Source of the DNA: Bryobacterales bacterium
GTDB taxonomy: Bacteria > Acidobacteriota > Terriglobia > Bryobacterales > UBA6623
Reading direction: 5' to 3'
Length of the DNA stretch: 64,000 nt
NCBI GenBank assembly: GCA_965226245.1
Contig: CBDDCL010000015.1
Coordinates: forward strand, 1,926,632 to 1,990,631
The notes under the pieces were generated by a model. That model was not told the origin of the DNA. It ran no database searches and worked only from the letters and a program-made list of their open reading frames with translations. Made by a program: the position numbers and the translations under genes. Positions 45,301-54,477 of the stretch are shown in pieces. Within the stretch, counting starts at the first letter, position 1. Each line of letters starts with the position of its first letter.

Positions 45301-45501
45301 TCGGTTGCGGTGATTATTGGAAAGATGAGATCATCAAGACATTCGATTCACTGGGTGGCTCTCGGCGCTGGACGGCCCGCTCCGCGAGTAGGCGTGTCAC
45401 GAACCGAATCACGGCCCGGAGAACACCCTTCGTGCAGCGTTCGTGCAGCGAGCGCAGGCGAGCTGGCGGCCGCGCGAGCTGCGAAATAAGTTGGAGGTCC
45501 C

Positions 45502-46395
45502 ATGAGAAAGACACACTCGACACGTCCTGCGATGACAACCTGGCCAAGTCTGACTCTGACTGTCGCCCTCGCCCTCGGCTTTGGGGCGCTGACCGCACCG
45601 CAGCCGGGTCGCGCGCAAGAGCGAATCCGGCTGAACAAAGTCATCGAGGCGCTCGAAGACGGTCGACCCGCGGTCGAAGATCAGGAGTGGCGCTTCATCG
45701 ACATGGAACACTCGCCGTTCTCGGGCGAGCGGCTGGTATCGATCCTGTCCGAGATGGCTCAGGACCGCGATGCCGAGGGCCGGCTGAAGCTGACGCCGAT
45801 CGTGCGTATTCCGCAAGATGGCGACGAGGACTTCAGGTGGGCCGTCAAGCAGGTGCTGGACCTGGGCGCCTTCGGCGTCGTGCTGCCGCACGTCGACACC
45901 AAAGAAGAAGCTGTCAGGCTGGTGTGCGCCATGCGCTACCCTCCGATGCGGGATGCGGCGCAGCCCGAGCCGCGCGGCGAGCGGGGGTGGGGGCCGGCGA
46001 GAGCGGTGCGTCTGTGGGGCGTGGCGGACACCGCGGAATACCACCGCAAGGCCGACGTGTGGCCCCTCAATCCTGACGGAGAGCTCTTCGCCGTGGCCAT
46101 GATCGAATCGGCCGAAGCTGTCGGGAACATCGCCGAGATCCTGGAGGCGCCGGTCAGCGCTATCTTGGTCGTGCCAGGAGACATGAGCATCGACCTCGGC
46201 CTCGGACCAGTGCCTGGCGAGGAGAACCATCCGGAAGTTGATGCCGCCTTTCAGACGGTTCTCGAAGCGTGCAAGGCGCAGAGCACCGTCATCTGCGGAT
46301 GTGGCGACGCTCGCAGCCGGCTGCGGCAGCGCCTTGAAGAAGGGTGGATGTTCGTGCTTCCACTTGAGTGGGTGCCTGGTCAGTTCGGCGGATGA
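45502..46395 (+). CDS. HpcH/HpaI-family aldolase-like protein with a signal peptide
   Basis: GGAGG RBS. Hydrophobic N-terminal leader (LTLTVALALGFGALTAP). The core (FIDMEHSPF...IVRIP...VLDLGAFGVVLPHVDTKEEA...AMIESAEAVGNIAEIL...PGDMSIDLG) is HpcH-like. Confidence 0.7.
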   Translation: MRKTHSTRPAMTTWPSLTLTVALALGFGALTAPQPGRAQERIRLNKVIEALEDGRPAVEDQEWRFIDMEHSPFSGERLVSILSEMAQDRDAEGRLKLTPIVRIPQDGDEDFRWAVKQVLDLGAFGVVLPHVDTKEEAVRLVCAMRYPPMRDAAQPEPRGERGWGPARAVRLWGVADTAEYHRKADVWPLNPDGELFAVAMIESAEAVGNIAEILEAPVSAILVVPGDMSIDLGLGPVPGEENHPEVDAAFQTVLEACKAQSTVICGCGDARSRLRQRLEEGWMFVLPLEWVPGQFGG

Positions 46396-46550
46396 GGACC
46401 GGCGACCGCGGCAGCCGGTGACCCGCGTGCAATGGTTGCGGGGCTGGGAATGGGCTAATGCGCTCGGCCCGAGACCAGTCGCGAGGAGGGCGCCCTTAGC
46501 CCTCCTTCTTTGCTCTCCACGGCGGCCTCACCCGATACAGGTCTATCTGT

Positions 46551-47843
46551 CTAGTCCAGCTTCCCGCCCGGCAGCAGCCGCTCGCCTCCAGCGTAGGGCC
46601 GCAGGGCTTCGGGTATGACCACGCTGCCGTCCTTCTGCTGGTAATTCTCGACAATGGCGACCCAAGTGCGCCCGATGGCCAGCCCGCTGCCATTGAGGGT
46701 GTGGAGAAACCGCGACTTGCCTTTTTTCGCCGACAGGTCCCGGAAACGGATGCCCGCCCGGCGGGCCTGGAAGCTCTCGTAGTTGCTGCAGGAAGAAATT
46801 TCCTTGAACTCGTTTTGTCCCGGCAGCCAGACCTCGACGTCATATGTTTTGGCGCTGCCGAATCCCATATCCGCCGTGCACAACGTCACCGTCCGGTAGG
46901 GCAGTCCCAAGCGCCGCAGAATATCCTCCGCGTCGGCGGTAAGCGATTCCAGCTCGTCGTAGCTGTGCTCGGGATGCGCAAACTTCACCATCTCGACCTT
47001 CTGAAACTGGTGCTGGCGGATAATGCCCCGCACGTCGCGCCCGTAAGATCCGGCTTCGCTGCGAAAGCAGGGCGTGCAGGCGACCAGCTTGATCGGCAGC
47101 CGATCGGCGTCCAGGGTTTCTTTGCCAAATAGATTGGTCAGCGGCACTTCCGCCGTGGGAATCAGCCAGTAGTCGGAGCCTTCGAGCTTGAATTGGTCCG
47201 CGGCGAACTTCGGAAGCTGTCCCGTGCCGAAAAGGCTGTCCGAATTGACGATGAAGGGCGGCAAGACCTCTGTATAGCCGTGCTCGCGCGTGTGTACGTC
47301 GAGCATGAAGTTCATCAGTGCGCGCTCGAGTTTCGCGCCGCCGTTCCAATAGACGGTGAAGCGCGCGCCGGTCACCTTGGCGGCTCTCTCGAAATCAAGA
47401 ATTCCGAGCGCGGGTCCGATGTCCCAGTGGGCTTGCGGCTCGAAATCAAACTCGCGCGGCGTGCCCCAGCGGCGGACCTCGACATTGTCCGACTCGTCTT
47501 TGCCCACTGGGACCGACTCATGCGGAACGTTGGGGATCGAGCTGAGGACGTCCTTGAGCGACGCGTCCAGCTCATCCACGCTCTGCTCGAGCGCCTTGAT
47601 TTGACCGCCGACCTCGCGGCTTCCCCGGATCGCCTGCTCGGCGCCGAGGCCTTCCCGCTTGGCCTTGGCGACCTCGGCGCTGAGGACGTTACGCTTGGCT
47701 TTGAGGCCTTCCATCTCGGTGACCGCGGCCCGTCTTTCGCGGTCAATTTCAGTGAAGCCGCTCAGCCAATCGGTATCGCCGCGGCCCGCGAGACGAGTCT
47801 TTACCTCGTCGAAATTGTCTCTCAGATAGCCCAGATCCAGCAT
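46551..47843 (-). CDS. serS: Seryl-tRNA synthetase
   Basis: 430 aa. N-terminal coiled-coil arm ([18 protein letters not shown]...). Class II core motifs ([43 protein letters not shown]). Confidence 0.93.
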   Translation of the reverse strand: MLDLGYLRDNFDEVKTRLAGRGDTDWLSGFTEIDRERRAAVTEMEGLKAKRNVLSAEVAKAKREGLGAEQAIRGSREVGGQIKALEQSVDELDASLKDVLSSIPNVPHESVPVGKDESDNVEVRRWGTPREFDFEPQAHWDIGPALGILDFERAAKVTGARFTVYWNGGAKLERALMNFMLDVHTREHGYTEVLPPFIVNSDSLFGTGQLPKFAADQFKLEGSDYWLIPTAEVPLTNLFGKETLDADRLPIKLVACTPCFRSEAGSYGRDVRGIIRQHQFQKVEMVKFAHPEHSYDELESLTADAEDILRRLGLPYRTVTLCTADMGFGSAKTYDVEVWLPGQNEFKEISSCSNYESFQARRAGIRFRDLSAKKGKSRFLHTLNGSGLAIGRTWVAIVENYQQKDGSVVIPEALRPYAGGERLLPGGKLD

Positions 47844-47859
47844 GGATTCTCAGTGTAGC

Positions 47860-47978
47860 GTGGAAGAAAGTTCGGGAGCCAGATCCGGACCCGCGGCCGC
47901 CAGTACCTCGACGGTGCAATTCTCGCAGAGCGAAGAAGAAAGTTCGGCAGTTCGGAGCCGCGACCGTCAGGGGCCGTG
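47860..47978 (+). repeat. Two adjacent partial family B units
   Basis: GTGGAAGAAAGTTCGGGAGCCAGATCCGGACCCGCGGCCGCC... and GAAGAAGAAAGTTCGGCAGTTCGGAGCCGCGACCGTCAGGGGCCGTG. Confidence 0.65.
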
Positions 47979-48226
47979 AAAATATCTGTCACCGCTTCGG
48001 CAACTGCGCGGGCGCAGCACGGGAAAATAAGTGGGTTGAGGAACAGCGGTTCGAAGGTCCCTTCGATCCCAATGAACCTCGCACCCACCCAGCGAAGTGT
48101 TCGAAATACAACGCTTTGCCGGTTGTTGAAACCATCATGATCGAAAACCGCCGGGAGTTTCGGGGAAATCGGACGGCCTGGGTGACAGGAGCGAAGCTTG
48201 CGCTAGGATAGCCCCATATGAGGGAG

Positions 48227-49136
48227 ATGGGGTATTTAGTTGACTCCAGTAGCCACTACATCTTGGGGGTGGGGGTGCCGGCCCTGGTGGCCTCGACCAT
48301 TGTCTTATAGGGAGCAGGGTCGGCGGCGACCGCCTGCTGGAGGAGGCGATAGAAAAGTTTGCCGCGCGACCGTGAGGTCCGCCGGTTGAAGCGGAACGTG
48401 AACTCGTCCAGGTAGTAGTCCAAATACTCGTGACTGACAGCCCCCTGGTGGGTCCCCAACAGCCAGCGCTTTAGCAGAGAGGCGACACGATGGACTCTCG
48501 GCAGCAGCTTACTCGCCGATTGCCGCTTCCCGCGCAGCACGGTGACTTCATGGCGGTATCCTTTGTTCTCCAATCCCGCATAGCCTTCCCAGCCGTCGGT
48601 GTGCACGAGGCTGCCAGGTTGGATAGCTTCTTCGACAAAGGCTTCCAAGCTCGCCGCTGAGGCATCCGCGATCCGACGGAGCCGGATGCGACCCATACCG
48701 CGCCCATCCTCCTCGGCAGCAACCGCAACTAACGCTTTGCCAACCATTTCGCGACCTCGGACGCCCTCTTCGACTCCGCCCACATACGTTTCGTCCACCT
48801 CCACCCGGCCGACCAGCCGATTGCGACCGGGGCGCACCATGGCGCGGCGGAACTTGTGCAGCCAGGTCCAGGCGGTTACATAGCTACCCAAACCCAAGAC
48901 CCGCTGCAAAGCGCGCTTGCCCCGCCTTTTTGCGTTGACCAAGCCGCCCGGAACCACAACGTCAATGCCCGCCGTCACCGAGGCCTGGGGAGATGGACTG
49001 GATCCCACAGCGCGGGCACACGTCCGGCCAGCGCATTTAGCCTCCTCGGTCGAGAATCGAGCTTCCAACTCGACGAGGTTTCGGGGGTAGTCCTCCTTCA
49101 TGCCCCCAACCACAACATATTGTGGCTACTGGAGTC
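48227..49136 (-). mobile_element. IS1595-family element, degenerate copy (internal deletions, truncated right IR)
   Basis: The left end ATGGGGTATTTAGTTGACTCCAGTAGCCAC is identical to that of copy 2. The right end stops at ...GTGGCTACTGGAGTC. The zinc-ribbon region is deleted or shifted. Confidence 0.8.
48256..49101 (-). pseudogene. IS1595 transposase lacking the N-terminal zinc ribbon
   Basis: Identical to copy 2 from QRVLGLGSYVTAW onward, including VEVDETYVGG. Residues 26-75 are scrambled by several short indels, yet the frame stays open. Confidence 0.7.
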
Positions 49137-49165
49137 TTGCGCTAGGAAGCCCCATATTGAGGGAG

Positions 49166-50192
49166 ATGGGGTATTTAGTTGACTCCAGTAGCCACTACAT
49201 CTTGGGGGTGGGGGTGCCGGCCCTGGTGGCCTCGACCATTGTCTTATAGGGAGCAGGGTCGGCGGCGACCGCCTGCTGGAGGAGGCGATAGAAAAGTTTG
49301 CCGCGCGACCGTGAGGTCCGCCGGTTGAAGCGGAACGTGAACTCGTCCAGGTAGTAGTCCAAATACTCGTGACTGACAGCCCCCTGGTGGGTCCCCAACA
49401 GCCAGCGCTTTAGCAGAGAGGCGACACGATGGACTCTCGGCAGCAGCTTACTCGCCGATTGCCGCTTCCCGCGCAGCACGGTGACTTCATGGCGGTATCC
49501 TTTGTTCTCCAATCCCGCATAGCCTTCCCAGCCGTCGGTGTGCACGAGGCTGCCAGGTTGGATAGCTTCTTCGACAAAGGCTTCCAAGCTCGCCGCTGAG
49601 GCATCCGCGATCCGACGGAGCCGGATGCGACCCATACCGCGCCCATCCTCCTCGGCAGCAACCGCAACTAACGCTTTGCCAACCATTTCGCGACCTCGGA
49701 CGCCCTCTTCGACTCCGCCCACATACGTTTCGTCCACCTCCACCCGGCCGACCAGCCGATTGCGACCGGGGCGCACCATGGCGCGGCGGAACTTGTGCAG
49801 CCAGGTCCAGGCGGTTACATAGCTACCCAAACCCAAGACCCGCTGCAACTCCAGCGCGCTGGCCCCGCCTTTTTGCGTTGTCACCCACCAAGCCGCCCGG
49901 AACCACAACGTCAAGGGCTTGCGGGTGTCCTGGAAAATCGTGCCCGCCGTCACCGAGGCCTGGTAACCGCAGTCGGCGCAGAGCAGCAGATTGCGTTTGC
50001 TGGCCCATGAGGACTGGATCCCACAGCGCGGGCACACGAACCCCTCCGGCCAGCGCAGCTTCAGCAGGTACTCCCGGCACGCCTCCTCGGTCGAGAATCG
50101 AGCTTCCAACTCGACGAGGTTTCGGGGGTAGTCCTCCTTCATGCCCCCAACCACAACATATTGTGGCTACTGGAGTCAACTAAATACCCCAT
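49166..50192 (-). mobile_element. IS1595-family insertion sequence, intact copy (1027 bp)
   Basis: Perfect 30-bp terminal inverted repeats (49166-49195 and 50163-50192). An 8-bp target duplication TGAGGGAG lies at 49158-49165 and 50193-50200. Confidence 0.88.
49195..50142 (-). CDS. IS1595-family (ISXO2-like) DDE transposase
   Basis: Zinc ribbon CPRCG...CADCG, then the hallmark VEVDETYVGG and a DDE domain. The ATG at 50142 (MKEDYPRN...) is preferred over the GTG at 50154. Confidence 0.88.
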   Translation of the reverse strand: MKEDYPRNLVELEARFSTEEACREYLLKLRWPEGFVCPRCGIQSSWASKRNLLLCADCGYQASVTAGTIFQDTRKPLTLWFRAAWWVTTQKGGASALELQRVLGLGSYVTAWTWLHKFRRAMVRPGRNRLVGRVEVDETYVGGVEEGVRGREMVGKALVAVAAEEDGRGMGRIRLRRIADASAASLEAFVEEAIQPGSLVHTDGWEGYAGLENKGYRHEVTVLRGKRQSASKLLPRVHRVASLLKRWLLGTHQGAVSHEYLDYYLDEFTFRFNRRTSRSRGKLFYRLLQQAVAADPAPYKTMVEATRAGTPTPKM

Positions 50193-50938
50193 TGAGGGAG
50201 TTCGCATCCGACTACAGTAGTTTCGAGAAGAGCATTAAGCGGAAGGCTCGATTCGTTCACGATGAGCGCGTCAGCGAGTTCTTGAAAACCGTTCTAGACA
50301 CGAGCAGGTCGCGGAGGCGAAAGTTGCGAAAGGGTCGGTTTTTGGTGCGGGCGCAACCGGGGTCCAGCGCGAGACCACACCAGATCGAGGGCACTGAGGA
50401 AGAGATTGATGTGCCCGGCGCGCACCCAAAGAGTCGGATGGTTCCGACGGCTAAACACGCTATCGATGGCCGAGTGAACCCAGTAGGAATACCGGTCCTT
50501 TACCTCGCCTCAAGCCGAAAAGCAGCAATGTCCGAGCTCCGCCCATGGATCGGCTCCTACGTCTCGCTTGCAAAGTTCGAAGTGATACGAGACTGCAGAG
50601 TAGTTGACTGCTCGTTGGACACGGGCGGGGGCATTTTCGGGATTTTTGACGGTTTCGAAGAACTAGATGCTGCTGCGAGAGAAGCTGAAGTTTGGGGCGA
50701 TATTGCTCACGCTTTCTCGAAGCCGGTGACGATCGATCAGCCACACTTGGACTACCTTCCAACGCAGGTACTTGCCGAGGCGTTTCGTAAAGACAACTGT
50801 GATGGCATCGTCTACAAGAGTTTGCTCGACGAGAAGGGGAAAAACATCGCGCTGTTCGATGTAAACGCCGCGAAGTTTAGAAGCTGGCGGCTTTACCAAA
50901 CGAGATCAGTGGAGTTCAAGTTCGACCCCCAAGACTAA
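50141..50938 (+). CDS. RES-domain protein (NAD-targeting toxin family), 5' end displaced by the IS1595 insertion
   Basis: R, E and S motifs: DGRVNPVGIPVLYLASS, AAMSELRPW and DGIVYKSLLDEKGKNIALF. The first 17 codons of the present ORF are IS sequence. The native ATG AGG GAG lies at 48218-48226. Confidence 0.75.
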   Translation: MPPTTTYCGYWSQLNTPLREFASDYSSFEKSIKRKARFVHDERVSEFLKTVLDTSRSRRRKLRKGRFLVRAQPGSSARPHQIEGTEEEIDVPGAHPKSRMVPTAKHAIDGRVNPVGIPVLYLASSRKAAMSELRPWIGSYVSLAKFEVIRDCRVVDCSLDTGGGIFGIFDGFEELDAAAREAEVWGDIAHAFSKPVTIDQPHLDYLPTQVLAEAFRKDNCDGIVYKSLLDEKGKNIALFDVNAAKFRSWRLYQTRSVEFKFDPQD

Positions 50939-51314
50939 GAAAGACGCCCTCAGATGCTCTGAGTGCGGTCCCCACGGGTTGGGACGCCTGGCTCCCACGG
51001 AACAACAAGAACTGATCGAAGGCCCAGTAGAGGATCTTGGCTATCTGCCTCCTTCGGGCGGTGACTTTTCTTAGACGAATCGAGTTGAATCGCGGTGGCG
51101 GCTGCGCCGTTTCGCGCCGGGTCAACTCATCGCATCCCGCGATCCCCCACGGCTCTACAACCACCCTGCTTAAATCCGCGGTTCTGTGACCTTTGTTACG
51201 TGCTCTTGTAACCTTCCTAAACAATCAGCCGCTCTTGCGCGTCATTAGCTGATGACAGAACGAACGGCGCCGCTCCACTGTCGATCAATCATTCAAAAAA
51301 CTGGAGGTCACAAA

Positions 51315-52613
51315 ATGAGACCGATTTCAATAGGTCTGTTTGCAGTAGCGGCGTTGGCTGTTGGTTCGTTGGTCATGACGCTGGACGAAGTTCACGGGGA
51401 TGCGGCAAAGTCCGCTAAGACGGCGGGAGCAGAGGTATCCGAAACGCTGGTAGACGTGGCGGTGGCCGTCCGGTCGATCGAGGGATCCTCGCAGCAGCCG
51501 CAAGAGCCGCCGGTCAGCACTCGCTCAGCGGCTGAAGCCGCCCGGACGGGAGTTGACTGGCTCGCCTCGGTACAAGGCAATAACGGTGGCTGGGGTCAGG
51601 ACGGCGGGGAAACGTCGTTTGTCCGCGCCGGCGAAAACCTGGAATCGAACGGCAACGATTTGGCGAACACGGCGGTCGCCGTGCTGGCGCTTGTACAGGC
51701 CGGTCACACTCCCCACAGTGGTAAACACCGCGCGGTCGCCAGGCGCGGGCTGGAGTTCGTTTTGCACCAAGTCGAGGCAAGCCCGCAAGAAGGGCTCGCG
51801 GTCAGCTCGATCACGGGGACGCAAATTCAAAGAAAGCTTGGCCCCTACATCCCCACTTTTCTTACGGCAAGGCTGCTGGCTGAGATCGACGGCGAGATGA
51901 AAGACCCGAAGCTCAACGAGCGCGTGCGTGCCGGTCTTCAAAAGTGCGTGCGGAAGATCGAGCAAAACCAACAGAGTGACGGGAGCTGGAATGTCTCCGG
52001 CGGATGGGCGCCGATCTTGGGCACTTCGATGGCTTCCCGCAGTCTCGCCATCGCCAAAGACAAGAAGGTCGAAGTCAGCTACAACGTGTTGGCGAGGGTG
52101 GACGACTACACCAAGAGGAGCGCCGAGGCGCTGGCCGCGCCGGCGACCGCGGGAGCCCGCAGACTTGGGGGACGCGTCTCTTCGCGGTCGTTCGACACCA
52201 GTCTGGCCGCTGACGCCAGCTCCGCCGGTATCGCCCTCTACAAGGGAGCCCAGGTTCTCGAGCAACTCAGCCGCACCGAAGAGGACCGCGAGAAGAATGC
52301 CGACGAAATCGCCGCCGTAACCGGGCAGTTGGCCAATGGGCGATTTGTGCGCGGATTTGGTTCGATGGGCGGCGAGGAGTTCTTTTCCTACCTCAACATC
52401 AGCGACAGTCTGCGGCGCACCGGCGGCGAGGAATGGGAGTCGTGGAACGGCAAGATCAAAACCCAGCTCGCCCGCATGCAAAACGAGGAGGGCAGTTGGG
52501 CCGGCCATCACTGTATCACCGGTCGTGTCGCGGTGACCAGTGCCGCCGTTCTGACCTTGCTCGCCGGCCAGCAGCCGCTGGGCGATGCCGTGGTCCTGCC
52601 TACCAGCAACTGA
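51315..52613 (+). CDS. Secreted prenyltransferase / terpene-cyclase-like alpha-alpha toroid repeat protein
   Basis: GGAGG RBS. Signal MRPISIGLFAVAALAVGSLV. Recurrent ..GGW.. repeats (NNGGWGQDGG, SDGSWNVSGGW, EEGSWAGHH). Confidence 0.55.
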   Translation: MRPISIGLFAVAALAVGSLVMTLDEVHGDAAKSAKTAGAEVSETLVDVAVAVRSIEGSSQQPQEPPVSTRSAAEAARTGVDWLASVQGNNGGWGQDGGETSFVRAGENLESNGNDLANTAVAVLALVQAGHTPHSGKHRAVARRGLEFVLHQVEASPQEGLAVSSITGTQIQRKLGPYIPTFLTARLLAEIDGEMKDPKLNERVRAGLQKCVRKIEQNQQSDGSWNVSGGWAPILGTSMASRSLAIAKDKKVEVSYNVLARVDDYTKRSAEALAAPATAGARRLGGRVSSRSFDTSLAADASSAGIALYKGAQVLEQLSRTEEDREKNADEIAAVTGQLANGRFVRGFGSMGGEEFFSYLNISDSLRRTGGEEWESWNGKIKTQLARMQNEEGSWAGHHCITGRVAVTSAAVLTLLAGQQPLGDAVVLPTSN

Positions 52614-52689
52614 CCGTAAAGCGGACGAGTCGCAACCAAAGAGGGTCCACAGTTGGGTGGGCGGGATGGTGACGCGGTCGCGATGAAGA

Positions 52690-52717
52690 GCGCGGACTTC
52701 CGTCCGCGCCTCTGTCC
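52690..52717 (-). repeat. Family C hairpin element
   Basis: GCGCGGAC-TTCC-GTCCGCGC followed by CTCTGTCC, 77 nt after the upstream stop codon. Confidence 0.7.
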
Positions 52718-52734
52718 GGCCGTCTGAGAATACA

Positions 52735-53874
52735 ATGTCTGAACTAACCCGCCGTACATTCCTTTCTCTTGGTCTGGTTGTCGGAGCCGGCTGCTCGGGA
52801 TTGCCCGGGCGGCCGCTCCGTCATTTCAGCAGGGGGCGGGAGACGGAACGCGCCCTTCGCCGGGGCGCCGAGTACCTGTGGAGCAGGCAAGCTCGCGACG
52901 GCGGCTGGCACAGCACGACCTATGGCCTTCTGCGTTCCGGACAGTCTCTGACCGGGTTCGTTCTGAGTGCGCTTCTAGAGGTTCCGCGGCGGGTCTATTC
53001 GCCGGAGCTGGCGCGGGTCGAGCGGGCGCTCGAGTTCTTGCGGAGCCATACGGATGATGAGGGTGCCGTTGGGTGTTCGGACCCGTTGTTGCCTGACTAT
53101 CCAAACTATGCGACCTCACTCGCGCTGAGGGCTTGGGCGAGGCTTGCGCCACCCGATTCGGCGCAAGTGATTTCCGCCATGTCGAAGTATTTGCTTGGGC
53201 AGCAGCTTACCGAACAGAACGGCTGGACGCCGGATCATCCGGCCTATGGCGCCTGGGGAATGGGAGGCGACCGCAGAACTCCTCCCGAGCCGGGGCACGT
53301 GGATATCTCGATGACTCGCCACGTGTTGCAAGCGCTGGCGGCTGCCCGTGTCCCGGCGGGCGACTCTGCCTTTCGAAAGGCTCGCGTATATATTGAGCGC
53401 TGTCACAATTACGGGAGCGGCGCCAACGGCCCGCTGGATGGCGGCTTCTACTTTTCGACCGTGGTCTTGGACGCCAACAAAGCCGGCGAGCACGACGGGG
53501 GCTTTCCAAGTTACGGCACGGCGACGGCCGATGGCATCTTGTCTCTGTTTGCGCTTGGAATCAGGCCCTCCGCCCCGCGCATCGTGGCGGCGAGACGCTG
53601 GCTCGAGGCGAACCATCTTCGGGACGGAGCCGCCGGGTTCAAGCAAGACATCCACGAATGCTGGACTCGCGGTTTGCGGTTCTACTACGCGGCGGCCGTC
53701 TCCGAGGCGCTGCACAAGCTGGGAGCGGGCCGCACTGGGGCGCTTGCCGAAGCGCTGGCCCAAGAGCAGCGGGAAGACGGCAGCTGGAGTAATCCGGAAA
53801 ACCTGGTCAAAGAGGACGACCCGCTGATCGCAACTCCATTCGCTATTCGGGCACTGGCGAACTACACATCGTAG
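52735..53874 (+). CDS. Second prenyltransferase / terpene-cyclase-like repeat protein (Tat/lipoprotein-type leader)
   Basis: MSELTRRTFLSLGLVVGAGCSG leader. Repeats RDGGWHSTTYG, EQNGWTPDHPAYGAWG and EDGSWSNPENL. Confidence 0.55.
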   Translation: MSELTRRTFLSLGLVVGAGCSGLPGRPLRHFSRGRETERALRRGAEYLWSRQARDGGWHSTTYGLLRSGQSLTGFVLSALLEVPRRVYSPELARVERALEFLRSHTDDEGAVGCSDPLLPDYPNYATSLALRAWARLAPPDSAQVISAMSKYLLGQQLTEQNGWTPDHPAYGAWGMGGDRRTPPEPGHVDISMTRHVLQALAAARVPAGDSAFRKARVYIERCHNYGSGANGPLDGGFYFSTVVLDANKAGEHDGGFPSYGTATADGILSLFALGIRPSAPRIVAARRWLEANHLRDGAAGFKQDIHECWTRGLRFYYAAAVSEALHKLGAGRTGALAEALAQEQREDGSWSNPENLVKEDDPLIATPFAIRALANYTS

Positions 53875-54477
53875 AGATCACAACACGACAACCTGTCTCA
53901 TAAACCTAAATCCGGCGGTTGGTCGTTTGGATCCGCCGCAACCCTCTGAAAGCACGTCAGATGGCGACCGATCGAAGTGGAACTTGAAGGTGACAATTTC
54001 AACTGCTCCGCAGTTGCAATCCTGACAGATAAGATTCTTTATTTCAGTATCTTACGAAAGAGTTCCAGTCTCCCCAACTGCCTGATTTAGGATAAATGGC
54101 CATGGACCGGAAGTGACGTCTGCCAGGGAGGCTCGGGCGGGAACTGGAAGGACGCGATCTGGAGAAGTCAGGGCCATGCAGCCTGCTCCTGCCCCGGTCA
54201 CTCTTGCCTGGTCACTCTTGACTAGTGAATTCCGACGCGCCGCGCGATAATTAAACAGAACGCGATATCTCGCATAGGTATGTGTGGACGGGCGGTAAGT
54301 AGCCAATTTACAGGTACTTAGACGACGTGTTTGGTGATCCTCTGCAGGAAGACGCTTGGTGTTTCCTCATGACAAATCCAGCCACATCTTGGATGTCAGA
54401 CAATGTCGCTTGCTTGGAGACCGAAACTGAACTAAAGTCATGCTCGAAGTCTTTAACGAGGAGGGTCGAGCATCACC

